From an uncultured Enterobacterales bacterium (GTDB taxonomy: Bacteria; Myxococcota_A; UBA796; CAJQPC01): a stretch of 64,000 bases of DNA. A program made the translations under genes and the position numbers. The notes beneath the pieces are model-generated. The model was not told where the DNA came from, did no database searches, and saw nothing but the letters and a program-made list of their open reading frames with translations. The stretch covers positions 29,110 through 93,109 of the forward strand of contig CAZSAT010000001.1 of the NCBI GenBank assembly GCA_964604675.1. Direction: 5' to 3'. Positions 1-9,312 of the stretch are shown here, piece after piece; positions within the stretch are counted from its first letter, which is position 1, and every line of letters starts with the position of its first letter.

Positions 1-374
1 CGCCGCCGGAGGTCAACTACGTCGTCCGGATCGGCGACCAGCACCTGTTCTTCGGCGGCGACGCGCGCTTCTCCGACGCCTTCGAGGCCATCGCCGCGCG
101 CTTTCCGCCCATCGACGTCGCGCTGGTGCCGATCGGAGGGACCCGGATCTTCGGCACCCGCACCACGATGAGTCCGAAGGACGCAGCGCGGGCCTGCCGC
201 ATCCTGCGCGCCCGCCACGCCGTGCCGATCCACGAGGGTGGGGACTGGTTCTCGGCGCCCCCGGCGAGCATCCACCCCGGCCGAAACCGGCACTTCGTCA
301 AGGCGCTCGCCGAGGAGGCACCCGCCTGTGAAGCGGTCGTGCTGGCGCCCGGGGCGAGCGCCGACTTCGGCTGA
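1..374 (+). CDS. MBL-fold metallo-hydrolase, C-terminal fragment (5' end lies outside the window)
   Basis: The frame is open from the window edge to TGA at 372-374. The translation PPEVNYVVRIGDQHLFFGGDARFSDAFEAIAARFPPIDVALVPIGGTRIFGTRTTMSPKDAARACRILRARHAVPIHEG resembles the C-terminal half of UlaG-like Zn-dependent MBL-fold hydrolases. GC3 is high. Confidence 0.7.
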   Translation, partial: PPEVNYVVRIGDQHLFFGGDARFSDAFEAIAARFPPIDVALVPIGGTRIFGTRTTMSPKDAARACRILRARHAVPIHEGGDWFSAPPASIHPGRNRHFVKALAEEAPACEAVVLAPGASADFG

Positions 375-386
375 GAGCGATCTCTC

Positions 387-1139
387 CTACACGAGCCCGC
401 GCGCCATCGCCGCCCAGCGGCCGAGCAGGTAGCCGTCTCGGGGTTCTCCTCCGTCGGCTTCCGGGTGCCAGGCCCCTGCGACCACGCGCCCGCGCTCCAG
501 CGGTTCGGCGAGGCCCCGCGCGCCGGAGACGACTGGCCGCACGACGCGTTCTTCCGGGAGCCGGCCCGGACCCGCGAGCAGCTCCCCCGAGAAGCCGGCG
601 ACCAGCGCCACAGGCAGTCGACGGAGCCCCTCGCCGGTCCCCGAACCATCCACGCCGTCCCACGCCCCATCGGCCGAGCCGACCTCGAAACCGGTGGGGT
701 GGGGGAGCACCGCGCGGAGACCGGTGGCCTCGAACACCGCCACCGATCCGGACACCGCGCAGTGGACCACGCTCCACCCGTCGACCTGGGCGACCCGCGC
801 GCGCTGCAGCACAGCGACGGGCACCCCGCGCCCGTCGGGCAACACCACCACCCGGCCGGTGCAGGTCTCTGCCGAGGTGGTGAGCTTCAGCGCCGCCCGC
901 GGCACCAGCCACTGCCGCCAGCGCGCGTAGGCGGCGGCCATCGACCCGACGGCGACCCACACCCAGGCGGTCTCGACGTCGATCACCAGCCCGATGGCGA
1001 GGCCCGCGAAGCCGACCCAGAAGGCGAGCCGACGGGGCCCGGTCATCAGCGGACGAAGCGCGACGACCCCGCCCGGCGTGTAGGCGGCGTACAGCACCAC
1101 CCACAGCCACATCCAGGCGCTGGCTACGCCCGCGATCAC
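387..1139 (-). CDS. membrane protein of unknown function (N-terminal TM helices plus a soluble C-terminal domain)
   Basis: 250-aa ORF with a hydrophobic N-terminus (MIAGVASAWMWLWVVLYAAY..., AFWVGFAGLAIGLVIDV..., AWVWVAVGSMAAAY). The GTG start at 1139 overlaps the stop of the upstream gene (GTGA at 1136-1139). The plus-strand ORFs over this region are R/P/H-rich shadow ORFs. Confidence 0.65.
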   Translation of the reverse strand: MIAGVASAWMWLWVVLYAAYTPGGVVALRPLMTGPRRLAFWVGFAGLAIGLVIDVETAWVWVAVGSMAAAYARWRQWLVPRAALKLTTSAETCTGRVVVLPDGRGVPVAVLQRARVAQVDGWSVVHCAVSGSVAVFEATGLRAVLPHPTGFEVGSADGAWDGVDGSGTGEGLRRLPVALVAGFSGELLAGPGRLPEERVVRPVVSGARGLAEPLERGRVVAGAWHPEADGGEPRDGYLLGRWAAMARGLV

Positions 1140-2128
1140 AAGCGAGCCACCACGGCCCGCGCGTCGGCGGGAATGCCCCGCAGGAAGCCGCTCCTCCGTG
1201 TCCGCATGCAGTCGATCCCGACGAAGCCCACGCCTGGAAGCTCCGTCGAGAGGCCCTCGGTCTGCGCCGGCTCACCCGTGCCGAGCCCCGCCCAGCGCAG
1301 GTCCCGGCGGTAGCCGGTGGCCCAGACCACCCGGTCGGCGGGCACCTCGCCAGCCTCGGTGACCACTCCGGCGACGGTGAGGCCCACCGCACGCCCCACC
1401 TGGGACACCGTGCCCGCGGCGACGGCGCGATGCACGTCGTCGTCGACCACCGGGACGCCCCCCGAGCAACCGAGCACCCCAGGGGCCCAGCGCACCGGAA
1501 GGCCGGACACCCACCAGGCGAGCCGACCCCGAAGGCCGCGCCCGATCGAGGCGGGCCTTCCAGCCTGCCCCGACACCGTGACCTCCGCGCCCCGAGCGAG
1601 CAGCCGCGGCACCCACTCGGCGGCCGAGTTCCCGAAACCGACGACGACCACGCGCTCGCCGCGCTCGACGTCGGCGATCGACAAGGCCGAGCTGTGGCAG
1701 GCGGGTCCGTCGAAGCGCCCGGGCAGCTCGGGCACCCACGGGCGCTCGTAGGAGCCGGTGGCCAGCACCACACGCGGCGCCTCGTACACGTCGCCGGCCG
1801 TCAGCCGCCATCCCTCCCCCCGCCGCAACGCGGTGACCCGCTGCCCGAAGCGCACGTCGAGCCGCGCTCGGTCCGCGAACGCCCGCCAGGCCGCCAGGAC
1901 CTCCGAGGCCACCGCGCGCTCCGCGGCCCCCTCCACCCCCTCACCATCCGGCAGCCGGTCGTAGCGACGAAGCGACAGGCAGCGCATGTCCGGTCGCACC
2001 CGCGCCCAGAGCCCCCCGACCTCGCCCGTCGCCTCCAACACCACCGTGCGCCACCCACGCGCACGCCCGGCCGCGGCAGCGCTCAGCCCGCCCGGGCCGG
2101 CGCCCACCACGACGAGGTCGGCTCTCAC
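1136..2128 (-). CDS. FAD/NAD(P)-binding oxidoreductase, flavin-monooxygenase-like
   Basis: N-terminal dinucleotide-binding motif DLVVVGAGPGG. A second Rossmann motif, VVVVGFGNSAAE. An ATG-type motif, VVWATGYRRD. The GTG start overlaps the TPR gene stop (GTGA at 2125-2128). Confidence 0.85.
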   Translation of the reverse strand: MRADLVVVGAGPGGLSAAAAGRARGWRTVVLEATGEVGGLWARVRPDMRCLSLRRYDRLPDGEGVEGAAERAVASEVLAAWRAFADRARLDVRFGQRVTALRRGEGWRLTAGDVYEAPRVVLATGSYERPWVPELPGRFDGPACHSSALSIADVERGERVVVVGFGNSAAEWVPRLLARGAEVTVSGQAGRPASIGRGLRGRLAWWVSGLPVRWAPGVLGCSGGVPVVDDDVHRAVAAGTVSQVGRAVGLTVAGVVTEAGEVPADRVVWATGYRRDLRWAGLGTGEPAQTEGLSTELPGVGFVGIDCMRTRRSGFLRGIPADARAVVARL

Positions 2129-4017
2129 CGCGCGGCCTCCACCTGGAGGAGCAGCTGGCGCGCCTCGTCATCGTAAGGGTGGTTCTCGATGGACTTCTCG
2201 AGCAGCGCCTGCGCCTCGTCCAGGCGGCCCGCGTCCAGGCGCATCCGCGCGAGCTCGTTGAACTTCTTGTACTCGATGTCCGGGTTGATGGCGATGGCCC
2301 GCTCGAAGGCCTGCTGGGCGTCGTCGAGCTTGCCCTGCCGCAGGTAGACCAACCCGAGCCCCTCGTAGGGACAGGTGTAGGTCTCCGACTCCACCGCGAG
2401 CGCCGCCTGGAAACGCTCTTCCGCGGCCGCATCGTCGCCCTGGTTCAGCTTCACGAGCGCCAGCTCGGCCAGCGCGTATTGGTTGTCGGGGTCGACGGTG
2501 AGGACCCGCTCCAGCAAGGCCTCGGCGCCCTCGAAGTCGCCCAGGGCGTTCAGCGAGTTGCCCTTGCCGAGCAGCGCGAACAGGTCGGAGGGCTTGCGCG
2601 AGAGCACCGCGTCGAAGTGGGTGATGGCCCGTTCGTGCTGGGCCTGGTTGGCCGCGGACCACCCGAGCCCGGTCTGGGACATCCGGTCGAGCAGCCAGCC
2701 GAAGCCGAAGGGATCGTGGTTGGCGATGGTGGGCTCGGCGGGGTCCAGCGGCGAGAGCCCGCGGTAGGCCGAGAGCAGCTCCTCGGCCTCCGCGTAGCGC
2801 TTCTGGCCAAGGAGAACGTGCCCTCGCGCGACGCCGGCCCAGACCCCCGCCCCTTCCTCCTCGGCCTTGGCGATGGCCGCGGACGCATCGTCCCACCGGG
2901 TCTCCAGGACAGCCAGGAAGGCACTCAGCACCAGCAGCCCTGCGTGCTCGGGTGCGTTCTCGAGGCCCGCTGAGGTCAGCTGTGCAGCAGCGTCGAAGTC
3001 GTAGCGCTCGAAGGCGCGCACGGCGCTGTCGTGCAGGCTGGTGGCGGTCACCTCGCCCTCGTTCTGTTCCAGGCCACGGAGCAGCGCCTGGATCGCCTCG
3101 TCGCTCGAGAGCGCGGCCGCCCGGCGTGCGTAGATCAGCGCCTGCTCGTGCTCCCCGGCGGACTGGCTGGACAGGGCAGCATCCACCTGGGTGATCACCT
3201 TCGCGGGCTCGAGATCGGCCGCTCGGCGGGTCATGGCCGCCACGTCGGCGTCGCGACCGGCCTTCCGGTAGAGCACGCCGAGCGCCACGAAGGGGCACGC
3301 CACGATCTCCGTGGGGCCTTCGATGCGCTCTTCGGCGTCCACCAGCGCCACCGCCTCCATGAGCTCGGCCTCCGCCTCGGCGTCGCGTCCCTGACGCATC
3401 AACACCAGGCCCAGCTGTTCCTTCATGGCGAGCAGCCGTGACAGCTCCACATCCCGCTCGAAGTGGTGCTCGGCCGACAGGGTCTCCCAGTCCGCGACGG
3501 CGATCCGGAGCTCGGCCTCAGCCTCCTCGAGGCGGCCGAGCGCGGCCAACGAGCGACCGGCGTGGGCACGCGCGTGCGGTGAGCTCGGGTCCACCTCCAA
3601 CAGCGCCCGGTCGTACGCCAGCGCGGCCTCGTGGTCCTCGTTGAACTCGGCCCAGGAGCTGAGCATCTGCAGCGTGTAGGGGTCGGTCGGGTCGAGCTTC
3701 TGGGCCATGCGCAACCACGGCGCGGCGTTGGGCGCAAAGCTGTCCATCCCCAGCTCCCCGTGGTCGATGGCGGCGTGGCCCCGCTCCATGAGGACCTGCC
3801 CCATGAGCCGGAACACCACCGCACCCTCCTGCACCTCGAGCTGGGCGCGCACCAGCTCTTCCGCCTGGTCGAAGGCCGCCGGATCGCCGGTTCGCCCTCG
3901 TTCGAGGAGGTCCATCACGGTGACGCTCAGCTCATGGGGTTCGATCACGGCCACTGGTTCCGCCGGCGTCTGCTCGACCTGGCCGACGCACGCCCACCAC
4001 CACAAGAACCAGCTCAT
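2125..4017 (-). CDS. TPR-repeat protein, probable lipoprotein
   Basis: 630-aa ORF with repeated A/L/Y-rich 34-aa-type helical repeats (for example ALAELALVKLNQGDDAAAEERFQAALAV, GLGLVYLRQGKLDDAQQAFERAIAINP). The N-terminus is MSWFLWWWAC. The ATG overlaps the upstream stop (ATGA at 4014-4017). Confidence 0.85.
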   Translation of the reverse strand: MSWFLWWWACVGQVEQTPAEPVAVIEPHELSVTVMDLLERGRTGDPAAFDQAEELVRAQLEVQEGAVVFRLMGQVLMERGHAAIDHGELGMDSFAPNAAPWLRMAQKLDPTDPYTLQMLSSWAEFNEDHEAALAYDRALLEVDPSSPHARAHAGRSLAALGRLEEAEAELRIAVADWETLSAEHHFERDVELSRLLAMKEQLGLVLMRQGRDAEAEAELMEAVALVDAEERIEGPTEIVACPFVALGVLYRKAGRDADVAAMTRRAADLEPAKVITQVDAALSSQSAGEHEQALIYARRAAALSSDEAIQALLRGLEQNEGEVTATSLHDSAVRAFERYDFDAAAQLTSAGLENAPEHAGLLVLSAFLAVLETRWDDASAAIAKAEEEGAGVWAGVARGHVLLGQKRYAEAEELLSAYRGLSPLDPAEPTIANHDPFGFGWLLDRMSQTGLGWSAANQAQHERAITHFDAVLSRKPSDLFALLGKGNSLNALGDFEGAEALLERVLTVDPDNQYALAELALVKLNQGDDAAAEERFQAALAVESETYTCPYEGLGLVYLRQGKLDDAQQAFERAIAINPDIEYKKFNELARMRLDAGRLDEAQALLEKSIENHPYDDEARQLLLQVEAAR

Positions 4018-5090
4018 CGACGCACCAGGGCCAGGCCACGCTTCAGGGTCCAGCCCACCGCGAGGCCCGGCGACCCCGCCAGGGCCGGGTAGGCCTCACA
4101 CGGGGTGAAGCAGCCCCCGCAGGCGAGGGACGTTGCGCCCTCCCGCGCGGCGAGGGCCTCGGCCGAAGCCCAGGCAGCCGCCACGTCGAAGCCGTGGGCG
4201 CGCAGGTCGGCCACCGGCCGGTCCCACACGTGGCAGGGATAGAGCCACCCCTCGGCAGACACGAAGCACGCGCCGTGCATCGCCGCGCAGCTCATGCCCA
4301 GCTCTTCGCCGTCGAGGGTCGCCTGGAGGTTCACCAGGAAGGCCAGCTCCATCAGGTCGACCGGCGTGCGCGGGGGAAAGCGGCGTCGGGCCTGGTCGCG
4401 GACCAGCCGAGCCTGCGCGCCCCGATCGGCCTCCCAGGGCTCGTTGCCGAAGAACTGCGCCGAGCTCTGGTACAGGTTCCAGTGCCACGAGCGCTCGTCG
4501 AAGCCGCCCAGGTCGCTGTCCAGCGCCTGCCGGATCCGGTCGAGGGCGTGCTCGTTCTCGGGCCCCAGGGTGGTTCCCACGAAGGCGGAGACACCACGCG
4601 CCCGCAGCTCGCGGAAGGTGGCGAGCGCACGGCGGTAGGCCCCCTCGCGCCCTCGCATGCGGTCGTGAAGGGCTTCGTCGCCATCCACGCTCACGGTGAC
4701 GATGAGCTCGAGGTCGGGACGGGCGGCGGCGATGCGCTCGCAGGTGTCGACCACGCGGGACGTGAACCAGCCGTTGGTGGGGAAGTGCAGCACGCGCAGG
4801 GCGGGCGTGTTCGCGAGCACCTGCTCGAACACCTCGGCGTGGTCGCCACGGGCGAAGGGCTCGCCACCGGTCAGGTCGAGCCACACGAGCCGCGGCATGC
4901 CCGCCATCAGCCGACCGATCTCGACCGGGGTCAGCTCGCCGGCGGTGGGCATCTCCCAGCTCTTGCAGGTCCCACAGCGCTCGTTGCAGCGGCGGGTGAC
5001 CTGCACCACGGCACGCAAGGGGCTGTCGGGCCGGGCCAGCCAGCTCCGACCATAGGCGCGCACCAGGCCCAGGGCGGTCCGGGTCTTCAC
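4014..5090 (-). CDS. radical SAM enzyme with a SPASM/twitch-like C-terminal Cys cluster
   Basis: CxxxCxxC motif in VQVTRRCNERCGTCKSW. GGEPF motif in LDLTGGEPF. C-terminal CFVSAEGWLYPC and ACGGCFTPC (Cx2Cx3C). I trimmed the 506-aa track ORF to the GTG at 5090, which overlaps the GT2 stop (GTGA at 5087-5090). The upstream extension is R/P/G-rich and lies inside the GT2 gene. Confidence 0.85.
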   Translation of the reverse strand: MKTRTALGLVRAYGRSWLARPDSPLRAVVQVTRRCNERCGTCKSWEMPTAGELTPVEIGRLMAGMPRLVWLDLTGGEPFARGDHAEVFEQVLANTPALRVLHFPTNGWFTSRVVDTCERIAAARPDLELIVTVSVDGDEALHDRMRGREGAYRRALATFRELRARGVSAFVGTTLGPENEHALDRIRQALDSDLGGFDERSWHWNLYQSSAQFFGNEPWEADRGAQARLVRDQARRRFPPRTPVDLMELAFLVNLQATLDGEELGMSCAAMHGACFVSAEGWLYPCHVWDRPVADLRAHGFDVAAAWASAEALAAREGATSLACGGCFTPCEAYPALAGSPGLAVGWTLKRGLALVRR

Positions 5091-5800
5091 CCTTCGATCT
5101 TCCCGCGCACCATGCGCCGCAGGATGCGCAGCCCATCGCGCGCGGTGGCGAAGCCGCTCGCGCCGCGGCCGCGGGCCGAGCGCGTGACCGGCACCTCGAG
5201 CACCCGCCCGCCTCGGTTCAACACGTGCAGCGTGAGCTCGGTCTCGATCTCGTAGCGCACGGCCCGCAGCTCCTCGACCGCGAGGGCCTCCCGCCTCACC
5301 ACGCGGAAGCCCGCCTGGGTGTCGGTGATGCGGGAGCTGTAGAGCACGTTGAAGCAGCCGGTGAGCAGCCGGTTGCCCAGGTGGTTCTTGAAGGTGATGG
5401 CCCCGTCTTCGAGGGTGCCGATGAAGCGGCTGCCGATCACCATCGCCACGTCGTCCGTGAGCGCATCGAGCAGGTCGGGCAGCTCGCCGGGATCGTCCTG
5501 GCCGTCGGCGTCGATGAACGCGAGGATGGGGCACGTGGCGGCAGCCACACCCGCACGGAGGGCCTCGCCCTTGCCGCGGTTTTCACGGAGCACGAGCACG
5601 TCGTCGGCCACGCCACGTGCCGCTTCCGCGGTGCCGTCGCTCGAGCCGTCGTCGACCACGAGCACTTGACCCAGTGACGGCACGGCCGCCCGCGCCGCCG
5701 CGATGACCTGCGCGATGGTGGCCACCTCGTCGTGGGCCGGGATCACGAGGGAGACCTGGGGGCCCAGCGCGGCGACCCGGGCCGACACGGCGGTGCTCAT
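5087..5800 (-). CDS. family 2 glycosyltransferase (polyprenyl-phosphate sugar synthase-like, DPM1/ArnC type)
   Basis: VSLVIPAHDEVATIAQVI, VLVVDDGSSDGT, NRGKGEALRAG and FIDADGQDDP (DxD region) are typical of short GT2 enzymes. Confidence 0.9.
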   Translation of the reverse strand: MSTAVSARVAALGPQVSLVIPAHDEVATIAQVIAAARAAVPSLGQVLVVDDGSSDGTAEAARGVADDVLVLRENRGKGEALRAGVAAATCPILAFIDADGQDDPGELPDLLDALTDDVAMVIGSRFIGTLEDGAITFKNHLGNRLLTGCFNVLYSSRITDTQAGFRVVRREALAVEELRAVRYEIETELTLHVLNRGGRVLEVPVTRSARGRGASGFATARDGLRILRRMVRGKIEG

Positions 5801-5891
5801 GGGCCGAAGCTACCACGGACGGCCTGGTGGCTTGAGCGCCGACTCGTGCTCCTCGTCGAGGCCCTCGCCGTCCCGTGGTAGCAACGAGCCG

Positions 5892-7385
5892 ATGCGACGA
5901 CGCCTCGTCCTGATCGTCTGCGCGCTGCTCCTCGGCGCCTTCGGACTGCTGCGCTTCGACGGCCCCAGCCGCGGGTACTGGGACACCTACATCACGGTGC
6001 CCGCGATGTTCATGGCCGGGCAGCCGGTGGACCTGGTCCGGATCGATGGCACGCCGAGGTTCGACTACGAGCTCTCCGGACGGCTGCCCGACGACACCTT
6101 CGACCCGGACAGCTTCGGCATCTCGTCGAAGGACCAGCGCATCGGCACGGGCATCCTCTTCGCCGCACCCTTCGCCGTGTTCTCGATGGCGGCCTTCCGC
6201 TGGATCTACGCCGCGAGCTGGGTGCTGCTCTTCTTCTTCGCCTCGAAGGCGTTCACCGGCCTCGGCCTGCGGTGGAGCGCCGCGCTCGCCGCGTCGGCGT
6301 GGCTGGTGCTCAACCCCTTCTCGCTCTACCTCGACCGCCTGAACGGCAACCTCTTCGGCCTGGTGCTGCTCGCCTTCCTCTGGCTGCTGCTGAGCGAGAA
6401 GAAGCCGAGCTGGTGGCTGGCCGGAGCGGTCTACGGCATCGTGGGCGGGGTGCGGAACGAGGCGATCGTGGTCGCGCCGCTCTTCCTCGGCTTCGCGTGG
6501 CACCACGAACGCCAGGTGCTCGGCACGCTCAAGGCCCTGGGCACGGCCGTGGCGGCGGCCTTCGTGACCATCCTGCCGGTGTTGATCTGGAACGACTTCG
6601 CCTACGGACAGGCGATCATCCACCCCAGCCAGGTCGCGCACCTGGAGGGCTTCCGACCCACCTTCCCGCACACCTGGTTCGGCCTGGGTGAGCCCTTCGA
6701 GTTCAACGGCCTGCTGAACTGGCCCTTCCACACCGAGCTCGTCCGCACGCCGCACTTCGCGTTCCCGACCTTCGTCCACTGGTCCCTGGTGACCGTGAAG
6801 AGCCTGGGCCTGCTGCTGGTCCCGGTGGCGGCGGTCGGGGGGGGCGTGCTCCTCGTCAAGCGGCCCTTGCACGGCGTCCTGTTGGGCTTCTGGTACCTGA
6901 TCTTCTGCGCGCTCTTCGCGTTCCAGGAGAACTGGGAGGAGCTCAAGCAGACCTTCATGGCGCTCCACCTCTTCCCCCTGGCCGCGGCCCTCGCGGCCGG
7001 GCTGGACTGGGTGACCGCGTCCGTGAAGCGCTGGGTGCCCATCGTCGCTGCGGGTGCCGTGCTGTGGGGCGTGGTCCTGGGGCTCAGGACCGTGGACGTG
7101 CCGGCCGACGAGCGCTGGTACGTGCGCTTCCCGCACGCCGAGGCCAACGACGCGGGCCTCGACGAGCTGCCCGTGGAGCGGCGGAAGGACTGGCAGTTCT
7201 TCTACACCCGGGAGACCCCCGCGGAGATCGCTCGAGAGAAGCGCGACATGACGACCGTCCGGCCCTGGCCCACCCTCTACCGGCCGTTCCACTGGGGAGG
7301 CGCCGAGGCCCTGGCCGCGATGGTCGAGGAGCCCAGCACCCGCGAGCTCACCACCCTGGCGGTGTGGAGCTACATCTACGAATAG
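5892..7385 (+). CDS. polytopic integral membrane protein, possible GT-C-type glycosyltransferase
   Basis: I trimmed the 560-aa track ORF to the ATG at 5892 (MRRRLVLIVCALLLGAFGLL). There are at least 10 hydrophobic segments and a soluble C-terminal tail. The gene is divergent from the GT2 gene. The GT-C assignment is inferred from topology and context only. Confidence 0.65.
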   Translation: MRRRLVLIVCALLLGAFGLLRFDGPSRGYWDTYITVPAMFMAGQPVDLVRIDGTPRFDYELSGRLPDDTFDPDSFGISSKDQRIGTGILFAAPFAVFSMAAFRWIYAASWVLLFFFASKAFTGLGLRWSAALAASAWLVLNPFSLYLDRLNGNLFGLVLLAFLWLLLSEKKPSWWLAGAVYGIVGGVRNEAIVVAPLFLGFAWHHERQVLGTLKALGTAVAAAFVTILPVLIWNDFAYGQAIIHPSQVAHLEGFRPTFPHTWFGLGEPFEFNGLLNWPFHTELVRTPHFAFPTFVHWSLVTVKSLGLLLVPVAAVGGGVLLVKRPLHGVLLGFWYLIFCALFAFQENWEELKQTFMALHLFPLAAALAAGLDWVTASVKRWVPIVAAGAVLWGVVLGLRTVDVPADERWYVRFPHAEANDAGLDELPVERRKDWQFFYTRETPAEIAREKRDMTTVRPWPTLYRPFHWGGAEALAAMVEEPSTRELTTLAVWSYIYE

Positions 7386-9052
7386 GGGCGCTCGACCAGG
7401 AAGGGGCCCAGCGCCATCACGTCGATGGCGCCGCGCTCGAACACCCGCAGCGCGTCCTCGGCGCTCGCGACGATCGGCTCCCCGTGCACGTTGAAGCTCG
7501 TGTTGAGCACCGCCGGTTCGCCGGTGGCCTCCTCGAAGAGCCGCAAGATGCGGTGGTAGCCGGGATCCGGTTCCGGATGCACGACCTGGGGCCGCGCCGT
7601 GCCGTCGACGTGGACGACGGCCGGGCAGACCGCCTGCAGCGCGTCGGTGGTGTCGAGCGACACCGTCATGTAGCGGGCGGTGCGCGCGATCCCGGGCCCG
7701 TAGCCGCGGTAGCAACGCTCGGCGTGCTCCACCGCGGTCGCCGGCGCGAAGGGCATGAACTCCGAGCGCTCCAGCCGCGCGTTCAAGCGGCCGGGCAGGG
7801 TCTCGTCGGAGGCACGCCCCAGGATGCTTCGGTGGCCGAGCGCCCTCAGCCCATACTCCATCCGACCGCTCACACGCGCCACGATGCGCCCGGCCACGAG
7901 GTGCTCGACCACCGCCGCGTCCAGGTCGTTGGGGCGGGTGGCTCGGATGCCAGCGATCTCCAAGGCCCTTCCCGCGGAGGCCTCGGTCACCTCGGTGCCC
8001 AGGTACACGTGGTCGAGCGGGGCCCCGCGGCCACCCTCCACGGCGCCCTGCCAGTGGAGCGCGGCACCGGCCGAGATGCCCTGATCGTTCATCGCGGGGT
8101 GCACGAACAGCCCGTCGACCTCGGGCAGGGCCCACAAGCGCTGGTTCACGAGCACGTTGGCGAACACGCCGCCGGCCAGGACCAGGTGACGCCGCCTGGT
8201 CTCCTGCAGCGCATGCTGGACAAAGGCGACCACCACGTCCTCGAGCCGCTGCTGGGCCGCCGCGCAGATGTCGTCGCGGCTGTGGCCGGCGAGCTCCGCG
8301 AACACCCCGCGCTTCCTGGAGCGGGTGAGCGCCCCGGGCAGCTCGAAGGCGCGTTGATCGGGGCGCAGCCGGATGAGGCGCTCCATCAGCGGGTACGCGC
8401 GGGCCGCGTCGCCCCGAGCACTCAGGCCGGTGACCTTGCCGGCGTCGAGCACCCGGAAGCCCAACAACTGCGTGATCTCCCCGTAGAACTGGCCCGGCGA
8501 GTGCACGGCGTCCGAGCCCCAGAGCGGCTCGCACCGGCCCGCTCGGCAGTCGAAGACCCGGGCCGAGAAGCCGTCGCCGAAGTTGTCGATGGTCACGCCG
8601 AGCGCGTCGTCGAAGTCGGAGGTCAGGTACGCGCTGGCGCAGTGCGCGCTGTGGTGGTCGACGATGGGGACGCCGCGCCCGAAGCGCCGCGCCAGCAGCC
8701 GACGGTTCAGGGCCTCTACCCCTCGCGCCAGCGGTCCGCCCTGGTGGAAGCGCGCCTGGAGCGCCACCCACGCCTTGTGCTCGGGGCCGAACAGGTCGTG
8801 CTCTCCCGCGATGACCCCGGCGCCGAGGAGGCGCGGCAAGACGTGGTACCGGTTGCCGGCCACGACCCCGTCCAGGTCGCCGAAGGTGACCCCGGCCAAG
8901 GCGAGGCAGGCGTCGACCGCGCGCTCCGGGAAGCCGCCCTGGAACTTCTGGCGCGACAGCCGCTCCTCGGCGACGGCCGCGACGATCTCCCCATCGCGCA
9001 CGACCGAGGCGTTGGCGTTGGTGTCCTCGTGCACCGCCAGGACCAGGCTCAA
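7376..9052 (-). CDS. carbamoyltransferase, NodU/CmcH family
   Basis: LSLVLAVHEDTNANASVVRDGEIVAAVAEERLSRQKFQGGFPERAV matches the family N-terminus. The C-terminal TSFNVHGEPIV motif is present. The proposed TTG start at 9052 is preceded by GGAGG 5 nt upstream and overlaps the upstream stop (TTGA at 9049-9052). The start codon is uncertain. Confidence 0.82.
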   Translation of the reverse strand: MSLVLAVHEDTNANASVVRDGEIVAAVAEERLSRQKFQGGFPERAVDACLALAGVTFGDLDGVVAGNRYHVLPRLLGAGVIAGEHDLFGPEHKAWVALQARFHQGGPLARGVEALNRRLLARRFGRGVPIVDHHSAHCASAYLTSDFDDALGVTIDNFGDGFSARVFDCRAGRCEPLWGSDAVHSPGQFYGEITQLLGFRVLDAGKVTGLSARGDAARAYPLMERLIRLRPDQRAFELPGALTRSRKRGVFAELAGHSRDDICAAAQQRLEDVVVAFVQHALQETRRRHLVLAGGVFANVLVNQRLWALPEVDGLFVHPAMNDQGISAGAALHWQGAVEGGRGAPLDHVYLGTEVTEASAGRALEIAGIRATRPNDLDAAVVEHLVAGRIVARVSGRMEYGLRALGHRSILGRASDETLPGRLNARLERSEFMPFAPATAVEHAERCYRGYGPGIARTARYMTVSLDTTDALQAVCPAVVHVDGTARPQVVHPEPDPGYHRILRLFEEATGEPAVLNTSFNVHGEPIVASAEDALRVFERGAIDVMALGPFLVERPYS

Positions 9053-9312
9053 GCGGTCCTCCGACGCCAGAGCACCAGGCCACAGACCGCGTTCAAGCCG
9101 GTGGCCACGCCGATCACCAACCCGACGTGCACGTGGGTCGCGAAGGCCCAGGCCGTGCAGAAGCTCGCCAGCGGCACGACCAGCAGCGACAGCGTGAAAC
9201 CGCCAGCCAGGCGCATCGCCGGCGACCACGCGCGCTCCGCCACCGCCGCGATAAGCACACCGGGCAGGACGAAGGCGTAAGCGAGCGCTGCGAGCTGCAG
9301 GAGAAGGGTCAT
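9049..9312 (-). CDS. small membrane protein (about 3 TM helices)
   Basis: MTLLLQLAALAYAFVLPGVLIAAV...LSLLVVPLASFCTAWAF...VGLVIGVATGLNAVCGLVLWRRR. GC3 is high. It is translationally coupled to the downstream carbamoyltransferase. An alternative GTG start lies at 9333. Confidence 0.6.
   Translation of the reverse strand: MTLLLQLAALAYAFVLPGVLIAAVAERAWSPAMRLAGGFTLSLLVVPLASFCTAWAFATHVHVGLVIGVATGLNAVCGLVLWRRRTA

Noticed and set aside
4014-5534. N-terminal extensions of track ORFs (for example 4014-5534, 11834-13288, 12880-14991, 15132-17312, 36868-37896, 37542-38663, 40881-42980 and 53005-54405).
   Set aside because: The extensions overlap the upstream gene, are Arg/Pro/Gly-rich, and begin before an internal GTG or ATG that forms a 4-nt overlap with the upstream stop. 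The conserved domain starts right after the internal start codon.
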